Source: a bacterium
GTDB taxonomy: Bacteria > SM23-31
Direction of reading: 5' to 3'
DNA: 64,000 nt
Assembly: GCA_965249485.1 (NCBI GenBank)
Contig: OZ252239.1
Span: forward strand, 320,001 to 384,000
Shown here: positions 10,275 through 20,930 of the stretch, in pieces
Layout: each line of letters begins with the position of its first letter
How positions within the stretch are numbered: position 1 is the first letter of the stretch
Program-made: the position numbers and the translations under genes
The notes under the pieces: generated by a model
What the model was told of the DNA's origin: nothing
Databases searched by the model: none
What the model saw: the letters and a program-made list of their open reading frames with translations, nothing else

Positions 10275-10899
10275 TTTCTTCTCCTACAATTTCATCAATT
10301 ACAGCTCTGGAAAAACCCCGTTGATACAAATAGAGCCCAACTTTAATTCGTTTTTCGTGTTCCGCAGTCCGGGGATGCCGTGACAGCCACTGTCTCATAC
10401 ATGTCCGTGCCAATTCAAGTGTATCAAATTCTTTGAAAATATCTGCAATAACTTTGTCAATAATGTCCTGGTCAACTCCTTTTTTCTGCAATTCTGCTTT
10501 AATCAGAAACTCACCGGCAGGTTTGCGATGGATCAAATCAATCGCAAAGCGTTTTGCAAAATTTTCATCGTCAACCAGCCTTAAACGTTTGAGATCATTG
10601 ACAACTGAGTGTGGTGCCGTCCCACTCAACCCATTCTGTCGCATGCGCTGTTTTAATTCATTTTCGCTCCGTGACCGGTATGAAAGAAGCCGTAGACTCT
10701 GCTCTTTGCCCTTCGCCAATTGAGACTCAGCTATGAGTGCATCAAACGTGTCATTGTCTATCTTCTTTCCAGTCTCCAATCCCCGCTGGAGAACCAATTC
10801 TAAAGGAATATCAACTGATTCCTCAGAATCGAAAACACAATTTCTCCAGAGTTTTCGCCGTTTTATATCCCTTATTGCTACGATAACACGTTCCGACAT
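10264..10899 (-). CDS. recX: Regulatory protein RecX
   Basis: LRLLSYRSRSENEL, DDENFA, ELQKKGV and LYQRGFS motifs. Confidence 0.85.
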   Translation of the reverse strand: MSERVIVAIRDIKRRKLWRNCVFDSEESVDIPLELVLQRGLETGKKIDNDTFDALIAESQLAKGKEQSLRLLSYRSRSENELKQRMRQNGLSGTAPHSVVNDLKRLRLVDDENFAKRFAIDLIHRKPAGEFLIKAELQKKGVDQDIIDKVIADIFKEFDTLELARTCMRQWLSRHPRTAEHEKRIKVGLYLYQRGFSRAVIDEIVGEESAF

Positions 10900-11225
10900 G
10901 AGCTCACAACAAATATATTGTTACATTTTTTTCAAAATTTCAGAAACCAAACGACCTTATTCAGTGTTTATATTGATTAATGAGAATCTGTTCTGATTTT
11001 TCCTCCTCATCCTGAGTCTGCACAAATCATGAAGAAACAGCGTTTAATGTATTGAAATTATGGGTTGAATTCAATATAATTCTTGCTGCATCTGACCATG
11101 TACTATAGAATACTACATCTTCATTACTGTAACATCAATACTTGAATATAATTATTTAGACTCAATCGGTTTAATGCGACAAATAGATTGCTTTATCTAA
11201 AAAAATAAAATATTTTAGCTTCAGA

Positions 11226-12854
11226 ATGTATGGACAAATGAAAATAGCGGGTAGAAAACCGGCAGGCACAATTTTATATCTGCTTGTCCCGGTCCTGCTA
11301 ACAATTGGAGTTGTGAATACCGGATATGCGCAGGAAAGTATCTGGGAGTCGATCAATTCCACAAAGGAATACTTTGCAGCGATGGAGGATGCTGATAGTG
11401 CTTTGTTTTCAGTGGAATTTGAAAATCCCTTTTTACTGATATTGAGCATTATTCAGGAGGAAGAATACTTCAATAGAGACAGCAAAGACGAAAAGATTGC
11501 ACTGATTAAAGAGTACTGGTGGCGCCACAATCCCAATCCATTAAATGAGAATAATCCGTGGCTTAAAAATTTTATAGACCGGAACCGATACGTAAAACGC
11601 AATTTTGCCCGAGACAAATATCCGTTCTATGACGACCGGGGAAAATACTGGTTAAAATACGGTAAACCGATCCGGCGCTACAATGACCACAGGACATCGT
11701 TTTATATTGGTTCTCAATTCTATAATAAATACGAAGATGAGACGTGGTCATATGAAAATATTTTTCCCGACCTCGTCGTACATTTTCAAAAACAGTTCTC
11801 TTATTTCCGGGAGCTTGGACCGTTCGAGAGTCTCGGTGAGGGACGACGGCGTGATTTCATGTCCAACATGCTCCTGCGGGATCGTCTCCACGTTTCACCC
11901 CTGATTCAGGAAATTCTACAGGATTATCGGGTACAAGGCAAGTTTAAGTTCGGGAATCGGCAGCGTACTGCGATAGAGTTTGCCCCTGAAGCCACAACCA
12001 CTAAAAAATCGAAAATGGAACTTCTTAGCTTTGTCAGTGACATTTCACAGTTTAAAGGTCCTGATGGGGCAACCAGGATAGAAGTCTCATTCCTTGCTCC
12101 TCTTCCGAAAAATTTCGTGAAACATTTTATTGAAGAATCAGAGGAATTACTCCAAATCGAATATTCCGTAATGCTTAGAAACATAAATTACGAGATGATT
12201 GTATCTTCCCGTTCACCACAGGAGGTGCCAATCAGTGTAATGGCAAAGGAAGACCTTCCTAACGCAGTTGGTAAAGTGTCATTGATCGCTCCACCGCAGG
12301 AGGTTGAACTCACATTACAGGTCCGCGATCTGACAACCGACAGTCTTGGATACGATCAGGGGATGATTGACATCCGTGATTTTGGTGGTAATGATCTCAT
12401 GATCAGCGATCTACAGTTATATAAGAAGATCGAAGAAACCAATACTCGCCAGAGTTCTGTTCTCCCATTTAGAGCGATGGAAGGATTCTTAGTATCTCCA
12501 TACACCTACCTGGCCATACGGAAATCAGAACCTGTTCTTGTTTATTATGAGTTGTATAATATTCTTAACGGCCGGGAGTCTGCAGAAATCGATTTTGAAA
12601 TCACTGTTCAGTGGGACAATGCCCGACAGGCACTCCCCAAACGGATTCTCGGATTTTTGAAAGGAAAGCAGAACTACTCTGTCAGTTTCGCGCAGACGCG
12701 TAGTTTTACGACAAATGCAGCGAATGAAATTCTCTTGCTCGACTTTTCTGATCTTGAAAATGGTCCTTATGATCTCGTTATCAAAATCACCGATATTGAA
12801 AGTGGTCAATCTGCTATTACATCAGTCAAAGACATTGCTATCGCTGATTCGTAA
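11226..12854 (+). CDS. Secreted GWxTD-domain-like protein
   Basis: Signal peptide (TGYA-Q). YWWRHNPNP..N....F..R..Y...F and DDRGKYWLKYGKP match the GWxTDRG..Y..YG.P core. ISDLQL..YYELYN C-terminal Ig-like domain. Confidence 0.7.
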   Translation: MYGQMKIAGRKPAGTILYLLVPVLLTIGVVNTGYAQESIWESINSTKEYFAAMEDADSALFSVEFENPFLLILSIIQEEEYFNRDSKDEKIALIKEYWWRHNPNPLNENNPWLKNFIDRNRYVKRNFARDKYPFYDDRGKYWLKYGKPIRRYNDHRTSFYIGSQFYNKYEDETWSYENIFPDLVVHFQKQFSYFRELGPFESLGEGRRRDFMSNMLLRDRLHVSPLIQEILQDYRVQGKFKFGNRQRTAIEFAPEATTTKKSKMELLSFVSDISQFKGPDGATRIEVSFLAPLPKNFVKHFIEESEELLQIEYSVMLRNINYEMIVSSRSPQEVPISVMAKEDLPNAVGKVSLIAPPQEVELTLQVRDLTTDSLGYDQGMIDIRDFGGNDLMISDLQLYKKIEETNTRQSSVLPFRAMEGFLVSPYTYLAIRKSEPVLVYYELYNILNGRESAEIDFEITVQWDNARQALPKRILGFLKGKQNYSVSFAQTRSFTTNAANEILLLDFSDLENGPYDLVIKITDIESGQSAITSVKDIAIADS

Positions 12855-13046
12855 AGGTTGAGCTTTGACACCTACACAACAGTTCTACACCATACAATCT
12901 CTGAATCGATTTCCCATATATATTAGAATTGGTTATGGATGCATTAGCGTTTCTCAGAAAATACCACGCTACTGCGCTCCACGCAATGGTAATAGTTGCT
13001 ATGAGTTATTCCAATTGTATAGATTAAGGTTTGGGAGACGGTGCTT

Positions 13047-14102
13047 TTATTCAGCAACTTCTATTGTTCCGGCAAGGCCGGATTGTACTTCTCCGATGAT
13101 GACAGCATCGGTAATGTCACTTTCATGAAGACTTTTTAGTAAAGATTCTGTTTCGCTGTCGGGAACGGCAATGAGCAGTCCACCCGATGTCTGCGGATCA
13201 AAGAGAATAAGCTTGTCTTCCTTAGTAAGTTGGGAGTGGAAACTGACTTTATCTTCGAGAAATTTCCCGTTTGTATAAGCGCCTCCGGGAATTGTCCCTT
13301 TTTTGCATATTTCACGGGTTCCGGGTATGGTTGGAACAGCTCCGGCATGAATCATAATTTTCAGACCCGATCCTGAAGCCATCTCATACGAGTGGCCGAG
13401 CAGGCCGTATCCGGTAATGTCGGTGCAGGCATGGACCGGGAATTTGAGCATAACTTCGCAGGCAGTCTTGTTTAAAGTTGTCATTATGTCACTTATCGAT
13501 TTTTCAATATCTGAACCAGCTTTGCCCATTTTAAGCGCAGTTGAGAGGATTCCGGTCCCGACCGGTTTGGTGAGAATCAGGTTGTCACCAGGTTGAGCAC
13601 CGGCATTGGTAACGATCCGGTCCGGGTGTACGATACCTGTTACCGAAAGTCCATATTTCAACTCCGGGTCCATAATCGAGTGTCCACCCACAATCAGCGC
13701 ATCCGCTTCACCGGTTTTGTCGCTCCCTCCTTTCAGAATAGCGACAATTATGTCAAGCTCGAGCTTGTCCTTCGGATAGCCGATAAAATTAAGCGCAGTC
13801 AACGGTTTTCCACCCATCGCGTAGACATCGCTTAGAGCATTCGCAGCGGCAATCTGACCGAATGTGTAGGGATCGTCGACAACCGGTGTGAAAATATCGA
13901 TTGTCTGGATCAGCGCAATCTCATCGGTCAATTTATAGACAGCCGCATCGTCTGCATGAGCAGTGCCGACGAGCAGGTTTTCACTGTCGGGCTGGGGAAG
14001 TTCTGCAAGTATCCTGCTTAACTCCGTTAAGCTGATCTTGGAAGCTCAGCCAGCACAGTCGACCAACTCATTCAACCGTTTTCTTTTATCGAAAATACGC
14101 AC
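13047..14102 (-). CDS. selD: Selenide, water dikinase containing selenocysteine (in-frame UGA at 14046-14048)
   Basis: The ORF-track protein extends in frame through TGA: (M)RIFDKRKRLNELVDCAG-U-ASKISL...GTAHADDAAVYK. DIFTP, ANALSDVYAMGG, TDITGYGLLGH and DPQTSGGLL motifs. GTG start 9 nt after AAGGA; the alternative GTG is at 14108. Confidence 0.93.
14007..14039 (-). promoter_or_regulatory. Bacterial SECIS element of selD
   Basis: On the minus strand: UGA-GCUUCC-AAGAUCA-GCUUAAC-GGA-GUUAAGC-AGGAUACUU. Perfect 7-bp upper stem with a G-containing loop 20 nt after the UGA. Confidence 0.85.
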
Positions 14103-14152
14103 GTACACAAATCCTTGGTTGCTAATGAATACTTAAAAGTACCTTTCAGTGA

Positions 14153-14207
14153 AGATTTCTCCGCTTCTCCACAAGTTATAAAAAATATTGAGGCTTCCGT
14201 CGAAATA
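14153..14207 (-). repeat. REP-like repeat, copy 3 (degenerate)
   Basis: AGATTTCTCCGCTT...CCGTCGAAATA on the plus strand. Confidence 0.55.
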
Positions 14208-14295
14208 AAATCTGATAAATTCGCTCCCTTTTATCTTGAAAACAGCTGACAATAATTGTTCGGATAATAATATAGGGTATTATGCATTAAGAAAC

Positions 14296-15084
14296 TCAAA
14301 TTATCCCTGTTATTAGGAGCAGTGCAATAAGAATTAAAAGACACCCGACGATTATCTGGACATTTCTCAGAGTCACTTTTTTCATCAAGCGGGAGCCGAT
14401 GTAAGATCCGAAAAATGCGGCACCTGTTGCCGCTAAAACAAGATATATACTATTCCCTTCACTGAATACCGAAAACGAATTTCCATAGAATATAACTCCA
14501 TACACAGCGATTCGGGAAATATCAACAACAATTGCACAGAGAACAGAAGTTCCTATAAATTGCTCTTTATTCAGGCCTGCATTAATCAGAAATGCTGCCC
14601 TCATTGCGCCCTGATGCCCTGATACACCGCCAAAAAATCCCGATATTACGCCGCCGATAGGGATGTGTTTTTTACAAAACTGAAATTTTCCAAATGCAGG
14701 CACTAGTTCAACCAGCCCGAAAAAAAACATCAATACACTGATGAGGGTATTCACCGGAGTAAACTCAAGTGACTGTCCGAAAAGTGAAACAGTATATATA
14801 GAAGTACTCTCTGCCACTTTTATGAGCAGAAACGCTCCAAACAGAGCACTTACTGCAGCAGGTACTGCAAACAATAGAACAACCTGTCGGTCGGCATGTT
14901 TCCCAACAAGAATAAGTTTAAAGAGATTATTGAGAAGATGCACAACTGCGGTCGCCGCCACGGCTATTTCAACCGGGAAGAAGAGGATAAAAGCCGGCAA
15001 CAACAGTGTTCCAAGCCCAAAACCAGAAATCAGTGTCAGGCCTGCGACGCAAAATGCTGTTACACATACAATAAGGTATGCCAT
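14296..15084 (-). CDS. TauE/SafE (TSUP) family membrane transporter
   Basis: About 8 hydrophobic segments, SGFGLG..LLP and SGFFGGVSGHQG motifs. Confidence 0.85.
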   Translation of the reverse strand: MAYLIVCVTAFCVAGLTLISGFGLGTLLLPAFILFFPVEIAVAATAVVHLLNNLFKLILVGKHADRQVVLLFAVPAAVSALFGAFLLIKVAESTSIYTVSLFGQSLEFTPVNTLISVLMFFFGLVELVPAFGKFQFCKKHIPIGGVISGFFGGVSGHQGAMRAAFLINAGLNKEQFIGTSVLCAIVVDISRIAVYGVIFYGNSFSVFSEGNSIYLVLAATGAAFFGSYIGSRLMKKVTLRNVQIIVGCLLILIALLLITGII

Positions 15085-15111
15085 CTGCCTTTTTACTGGT
15101 TAGTGTAATGA

Positions 15112-16269
15112 TTATTGAGCAAGAACATCTCGCAGCGAAGCGACAACTGTATCAAGTTGTTCATATTCAATAGTCAGCGGCGGCAACAGACGGATGATAT
15201 TTTTTCCTGCCGGGAGCATGAGCACACCCCGATCCATAAGTGCCGAGATATATTCCTTATTTTCAGTTTTCAGCTCTATACCGATCATCAGTCCCAACCC
15301 GCGGATTTCCCGGACTACCGTCAGGTCGAATGACCGGAGTTTACCGATTATATAATTTCCTTTTTCCTCAGCCTGTTCGGCGAGTTTGTTCTCGACCATA
15401 AAGGTGATTGCGGCATACGCTGCTGCACAAGCCAGTGGATTTCCACCGAATGTCGTACCGTGTTTCGCATTTACTGCTTCGACTTTGTCCGAGACAATAA
15501 CCGCTCCCATAGGGAATCCGCCTGCCATCGCCTTGGCGACGCAAAGGATATCGGGCTGAAGATCGAAGTAATTGCCCGCAAACATTCTGCCTGTTCTGCA
15601 AAAACCGGATTGAATTTCATCAATGATGAGCAGTATCCCACGCTGAGTACACAATTCGCGTACTTGAGAAAAGAATTTTTTATCGCCGATATGGACACCG
15701 CCTTCACCCTGTACAACCTCAAGGATAATTCCGGCGGTCTTATCTGTAACCTTCTCCAGCAGTTTTTCAAACTTGTTGAACGGAGCAAAATGGAATCCGG
15801 GAACAAGCGGTTCGAAACCTTCTTTATATTCTTTTTTAAACACTGCGCTCAATGCTCCGAAAGTCCTCCCGTGAAAACCACGCATCGCACAGACGAAGTC
15901 AGTTTTCTTCGTAGTTAGACGAGTAAACTTGAGCGCTGCCTCGACACTCTCAGCACCTGAGTTGCAGAGAAATGCTTTTGTCAACGATTCCGGAACTACC
16001 GAAATCAGCTTTTCGAGCAGTATTGCACGGGCATCGTTATGAAATGTGAGCGGCAGTGTCATGAGTTTCTTTGATTGTTCATGGATCGCGGCAATAACAG
16101 CATCATTACAATGCCCGACTACTGCAACACCGTGACCGGCGATACAATCTATATATTCATTCCCATCGCTATCCCAAAGGAGTGCATTTTTTCCTTTAAC
16201 AACCGTGATGCTTCGTTTCGGATAAAACATCAATTCATATTTCTCTTCTAATTCTTTATACCGTGTCAC
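15112..16269 (-). CDS. lysJ: [LysW]-aminoadipate-semialdehyde transaminase (class III PLP enzyme)
   Basis: NSGAES, FHGRT, VQGEGG, DEIQSG, AKAMAGG and TTFGGNPLA motifs, plus lysW operon context. Confidence 0.85.
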   Translation of the reverse strand: MTRYKELEEKYELMFYPKRSITVVKGKNALLWDSDGNEYIDCIAGHGVAVVGHCNDAVIAAIHEQSKKLMTLPLTFHNDARAILLEKLISVVPESLTKAFLCNSGAESVEAALKFTRLTTKKTDFVCAMRGFHGRTFGALSAVFKKEYKEGFEPLVPGFHFAPFNKFEKLLEKVTDKTAGIILEVVQGEGGVHIGDKKFFSQVRELCTQRGILLIIDEIQSGFCRTGRMFAGNYFDLQPDILCVAKAMAGGFPMGAVIVSDKVEAVNAKHGTTFGGNPLACAAAYAAITFMVENKLAEQAEEKGNYIIGKLRSFDLTVVREIRGLGLMIGIELKTENKEYISALMDRGVLMLPAGKNIIRLLPPLTIEYEQLDTVVASLRDVLAQ

Positions 16270-17057
16270 GATATCACCGTACCTTTTCCCTCAAGTGCAT
16301 CTTTGATCGGATTATCTGTTCTTCCGTCACTGATGATAACTTCTTTTGCTCCCCCGTCGAGCAGATTTCTAATTGCCATAATCTTCCGTTTCATCCGTCC
16401 ATCAACCTTTTCTTCCCGGTCGAAGAGCTCTTGGTGCGAAATTGTTTTGACTAGTGAATCAGGATCACTTTTATCGTCCAAAAATCCTGGCGCTTCGATG
16501 AGTTGAATGACTTTATCGGCGGAAAATGCGCGCTGAATCACGCCGACGATATCGTCATTTTCAGAGTTAATGGCAAAATTATTTTCATCGATAATCGGTA
16601 TGGTTAAAAACGGTACATACCCGTTATCGAGCAGTAAGTTCAGTAATCCAGTGTTGATTTCCTGCGGTTTACCCGAGAAATCACGGATAATCTTCCGTTT
16701 TGTCCCTTCCTGAACACGTATTCCAGGATTCCGTTTGCCCCGGACAATTGCGCCATCAATCCCGGTCAGCCCGACAGCGTTGATCCCTTTTTGATGACAG
16801 AGTTCAACGATCCTTTTATTTTTAAGGCCTCCGTAAGCCATCATAATGTTGTCAATCATGGTTTCGTCCGAATAAACGCTGGCATATCCAGAGATTGAAG
16901 TAAGAACCTTTTTGGGTGTACCAAGTTTTTCAGCCAGTTCATCACGAGCGGCGTTTGCACCATGTACAACAAGATACCTTTCATTAAATTCGGCCAGATC
17001 GCTAACAATTCCTTCGATATTGATGGATTGGCCACCGCCAATTTTTATAATAAGCAT
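16266..17057 (-). CDS. lysZ: [LysW]-aminoadipate kinase
   Basis: IKIGGG, VVHGAN, SGYASVYSD and GRMKRKI motifs. Overlaps the lysJ start (GTGA). Confidence 0.9.
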   Translation of the reverse strand: MLIIKIGGGQSINIEGIVSDLAEFNERYLVVHGANAARDELAEKLGTPKKVLTSISGYASVYSDETMIDNIMMAYGGLKNKRIVELCHQKGINAVGLTGIDGAIVRGKRNPGIRVQEGTKRKIIRDFSGKPQEINTGLLNLLLDNGYVPFLTIPIIDENNFAINSENDDIVGVIQRAFSADKVIQLIEAPGFLDDKSDPDSLVKTISHQELFDREEKVDGRMKRKIMAIRNLLDGGAKEVIISDGRTDNPIKDALEGKGTVIS

Positions 17058-17693
17058 TTAAAAGTCCGTAATTGTGTTATTGTCAAACTTTTCCCAGTCA
17101 TCTTCACCGGGAAACGGTTCGGAACAAATCATCTTCAGACCAGATGCTTTCTTGTACCTGAGTGTGAAATAGTCAGGATCGTCATTATACTGCGTTGAAA
17201 CATAGAGTCGTATCCCATCTGAAATAATAAAATTCATTGCCCTGATATAGCGTGTTTTTTTATTGAGAATTTCGACCCCTTTCACCAGTGCGGTGAGTAT
17301 ATCACCATGGTCAAACCGCTTGACATAATTGAATACTTTTTCCGCACCGATTCGGCCGGGTGCTTTCGCCGTCACACCATGAAGTTCGCCATTAAAGATA
17401 AACACATACTTCTCATCATAAAACGGCATATTGTTATCAACCACAATCCCTTCATCCCTGAAGGCACTCCGTGCATGTACAAGCAGCAAGGTTGTTTTCC
17501 CAAATTTTTTCAGGTCGTCATTCCAGACCGGTGTAATAGTTTTGTAATGACTCCACAGTCCGTCGGTTAGGTATGAACATCCCCATCCATGTCCCTGATA
17601 TTCTTTGCATTTCTCTGCAAGATTGGCAAACGGCTCAAGGTAATCCGCAATCGAAAATTCTTTTTCTGCCTGAACGGCTAATATTCTGCACAT
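17058..17693 (-). CDS. Class II glutamine amidotransferase-like Ntn-hydrolase (EgtC/YafJ-like); candidate LysW-gamma-lysine hydrolase
   Basis: N-terminal M-C-R, HGWG, HARSA, NMPF, FIFNG and CSEP motifs. The stop abuts the lysZ start (TAAATG). The family call is solid; the function is inferred. Confidence 0.8.
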   Translation of the reverse strand: MCRILAVQAEKEFSIADYLEPFANLAEKCKEYQGHGWGCSYLTDGLWSHYKTITPVWNDDLKKFGKTTLLLVHARSAFRDEGIVVDNNMPFYDEKYVFIFNGELHGVTAKAPGRIGAEKVFNYVKRFDHGDILTALVKGVEILNKKTRYIRAMNFIISDGIRLYVSTQYNDDPDYFTLRYKKASGLKMICSEPFPGEDDWEKFDNNTITDF

Positions 17694-17786
17694 TTGCTTA
17701 TATTAGGATCTCATCGTTGTCAATTCAGTTTCCGCAGGACGCGGCACTACATATATTAAATATCAAAGATTCGGAATGAATTGATA

Positions 17787-18833
17787 TTAGATTGGATGCA
17801 GACCTGGAAATTCAAGTCCAGTTGTTTCATCGAAACCGCACATACAGTTCATTGCTTGCACTGCCTGACCTGCAGCACCTTTCATGAGGTTGTCGATTGC
17901 ACTAATCACGACCAACCGTTCAGATCTGTCATCTTTTTCGAAACCGATATCGCAATAATTTGTTCCGGCCAGCAGCTTTGGTTCGGGATACCGGTAACTC
18001 CCTTCAGAGTCTTTTACTATGCGTATAAACGGTTCAGATCCATATTCTTGACGATAAAGCTTCCAAATTTCTTTCTCGCTCATTTCAATTTTGAGGAATA
18101 CATGCCCCGTTGCGAGAACTCCCCTCACCATTTCGATTGCTGTTGCGGAAAAATGGATTTGAATATCTTTCCCGAAACGCAATTCCTGCAGCATCTCGGC
18201 ACTGTGACGGTGATTTGTCGGTTTAAATGATCTGACTGCACCACTCCGTTCCGGATGATGTGACGCATCAGTTGCCATATTCCCTGCTTCGCTCGAACCG
18301 ACTTTAACTTCGATAACCGTTTTATCTTCTACAACACAATCATGCTTGAATAGCGGATAAAGTCCGAGAACCGCGGCTGTGGCATTACAGCCGGCACCCG
18401 TTACGTACTTGGCATTTTTTATGGCATCTCTGTGCAATTCCGGAATACCATACACAAATTCCTGTAAAAGTACCGGATGGGGATGTGGATTCCCATACCA
18501 CGATTCATATTCGGCAGGGTTGTTCAATCTAAAATCGGCACTGAGATCGATTATTTTTTCTGCTTTCCCCCGAAACTCTTCAAACCTTTGCGCGGCTTTT
18601 CCATGCGGGAGACAGAGAAACAGGAGATCACACGTTTCTATCTCAGAAATTGCACAGAATTTTAGATTTGTCATTTTCCTGAGATTTGCGTGCACCTTCG
18701 TGACAAGTTTACCTGCAAACCGTTCAGAGCTGACCTGCTGCAATATGACATTCGGATGAAAATGCAGAATCCGGATAAGCTCTCCGCCCGTATAGCCTGA
18801 TCCACCAACTATTGAGACAGCAATACTATTCAT
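17787..18833 (-). CDS. lysY: [LysW]-aminoadipyl-phosphate reductase (ArgC-like)
   Basis: [30 protein letters not shown] and [11 protein letters not shown] motifs. Confidence 0.9.
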   Translation of the reverse strand: MNSIAVSIVGGSGYTGGELIRILHFHPNVILQQVSSERFAGKLVTKVHANLRKMTNLKFCAISEIETCDLLFLCLPHGKAAQRFEEFRGKAEKIIDLSADFRLNNPAEYESWYGNPHPHPVLLQEFVYGIPELHRDAIKNAKYVTGAGCNATAAVLGLYPLFKHDCVVEDKTVIEVKVGSSEAGNMATDASHHPERSGAVRSFKPTNHRHSAEMLQELRFGKDIQIHFSATAIEMVRGVLATGHVFLKIEMSEKEIWKLYRQEYGSEPFIRIVKDSEGSYRYPEPKLLAGTNYCDIGFEKDDRSERLVVISAIDNLMKGAAGQAVQAMNCMCGFDETTGLEFPGLHPI

Positions 18834-19686
18834 CTACTTCTCCGCGGGCAACTTTAAGCGTATAATCTATAATCAATTTAGGGATATTGACTCTGGTCGT
18901 ATGGATAGAATTACGAAACTCCATCGTATAGTTGACTTCATTCACCAAAAAACCATCTTTTGTTTCGAGAAGGTCCACCGCAACGATACCACCGCCAACT
19001 GCTTTAGCAGCGCGGAGCGACAAGTCGCGTATCTCATCTGTGACCGGGCAGTTAGATGCTTCCGCCCCCCGAGCGGTGTTCGTTATCCAATGTTTTGATG
19101 TGCGGTAAATCGCTGCTATACACTCATCTCCCACTACAAAGCTTCTGATATCACGTCCTTTAACCTTATCGATATATTGCTGCACGTAAAATATTGAATG
19201 GTGATACGAGCCAAGAACTGTTTTATGTTCAAGAAGAGACTCAGCGGCGTCTCTGTCGTTGATTTTAGAGAGGAGCCTCCCCCACGAGCCCACCGCCGGT
19301 TTCATGACGACCGGGTAACCCATTTCCTCGATCGTTTTTAGTGTAGATTCTTCTGTGAACGCAATCCGAACCTCCGGCTGTGGAACATTATGAGCTGCCA
19401 ACGCATCTGAGGTAAGCAGTTTATCACCGCAGACCAAAGCAACGTTATAATTGTTCAGGCACCTGACACCCGCACTTTCGTAGAGTTTAATGGCATAGAG
19501 AGCTCGCGAATGATTAATGCACCGCTCAAGCACAACATCAAAGTCAAATGTGTCTTTACCAAGATTGAATGAGAGATCTCGTACATCGATCAATTCCAGT
19601 TCGACACCGCTGCGTGAACGGATCTCTTTCATGAGAAACTTCTCTTCTGGTCTTAAGACTGTATGTAAAAATCCAATTTTCATCAC
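18826..19686 (-). CDS. lysX: Alpha-aminoadipate--LysW ligase (RimK-like ATP-grasp)
   Basis: [23 protein letters not shown] and [12 protein letters not shown] motifs. Confidence 0.95.
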   Translation of the reverse strand: MMKIGFLHTVLRPEEKFLMKEIRSRSGVELELIDVRDLSFNLGKDTFDFDVVLERCINHSRALYAIKLYESAGVRCLNNYNVALVCGDKLLTSDALAAHNVPQPEVRIAFTEESTLKTIEEMGYPVVMKPAVGSWGRLLSKINDRDAAESLLEHKTVLGSYHHSIFYVQQYIDKVKGRDIRSFVVGDECIAAIYRTSKHWITNTARGAEASNCPVTDEIRDLSLRAAKAVGGGIVAVDLLETKDGFLVNEVNYTMEFRNSIHTTRVNIPKLIIDYTLKVARGEVDE

Positions 19687-19744
19687 ATTTCCGTTTTTTT
19701 CGGTAATTATAAAAACAATGGTGCTGTATGCACTGATTTGTAGG

Positions 19745-20926
19745 TTATTTTACGGGGGCAGATTCGATGAATGCTTCGTTTTCGTAATGATGCTTGCACC
19801 ATTCTACAATATAAGGAAGTTCGGACAATCCTACGGTTCTCCCTTTCTGGCCGATTGATTTCACCGTATCAAGCACCTTGGTTGCGAGCTCTTTATCAAA
19901 TTCTGCACCAATCTTTTCGAGAGCCCAGAATACCGAGGAAATCCCCGACATATGATCCAGGGCTATTTCGGTCTTTCTACCGAGTACAGCCGGGTCAAGG
20001 CTCTGGTAATGAAACGGGTCTTGTGTAGCTGCGTGTGTGTGGACTCCGGCACAATGGGTAAAAGCATTTTTACCCACAATCGGAAAATTATCAGGAATCG
20101 CTATCCCGGTATAGTTGCTGACCAATTCATACAGTTCCGGCAGTTTTTCAAGTTTCCATCTGCCGCTCATATCGAAATCGGTTGCCATAAGCATCAGGAG
20201 CTGAGCAAGGTCAACCAATCCTGCCCGTTCACCGATTCCGAGCACAGTAACATCAATAATTTCCGCACCTGCTCTGTAACCATCAAGTACGTTTGTCAGT
20301 GCAAAGCCACGGTCATTGTGACAATGCACGGCAATTTTTGGATTCAAATTTTTGGCGGCAAGGTCTGTCTTCAACCGAGCAACATAATCGTACATGCTCC
20401 GGTCGGTTCCCGGAATCATGTATCCAGTCGTGTCGGCAACACTGATAATATCCGCACCTGCCTCCACCGCTGCTGATGCTGCATCAATGACGTTCTGATA
20501 CTTTGATCTGACAGTGTCTTCCGGTGTGTAGCGGACAATCAGACCAGGTTTTTGCTCTTTTGCATAGGCAACTACTTTCACAATCTGGTCAATAGCCGCA
20601 CTTAATTTCTTTTTAAATACATTATCCAGCCGTTCGTCTTTAACGCAATAGAAGATCCCGATAAATCCCACACCGCAATCTAGTGCGAGATCAACATCTT
20701 CTTCCAACGAACGGGAGTGGGCACCCACAATCGCATTAAGATTTTTGTTTGCAATCATTTTGATCGCAGCATGAATTTCACGGCTGACGAGTGGATGTCC
20801 CGCTTCGATAATATTGATTCCAATCTCATCGAGCAAGTTTACTATTGCCAGTTTGACGTGTCCGTCAAAATAGACTCCGGGAGTCTGTTCACCCTCCCGT
20901 AATGTTGCATCCAGAACTTGCAGCAT
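19745..20926 (-). CDS. Homocitrate synthase (DRE-TIM metallolyase) without C-terminal regulatory domain
   Basis: The true start is ATG at 20926, 4 nt after the lysW stop. DATLREGEQ (Glu variant seen in homocitrate synthases), HCHND, GIGERAG and AFTHCAGVH motifs, plus lys operon context. Confidence 0.8.
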   Translation of the reverse strand: MLQVLDATLREGEQTPGVYFDGHVKLAIVNLLDEIGINIIEAGHPLVSREIHAAIKMIANKNLNAIVGAHSRSLEEDVDLALDCGVGFIGIFYCVKDERLDNVFKKKLSAAIDQIVKVVAYAKEQKPGLIVRYTPEDTVRSKYQNVIDAASAAVEAGADIISVADTTGYMIPGTDRSMYDYVARLKTDLAAKNLNPKIAVHCHNDRGFALTNVLDGYRAGAEIIDVTVLGIGERAGLVDLAQLLMLMATDFDMSGRWKLEKLPELYELVSNYTGIAIPDNFPIVGKNAFTHCAGVHTHAATQDPFHYQSLDPAVLGRKTEIALDHMSGISSVFWALEKIGAEFDKELATKVLDTVKSIGQKGRTVGLSELPYIVEWCKHHYENEAFIESAPVK

Positions 20927-20930
20927 TGAA

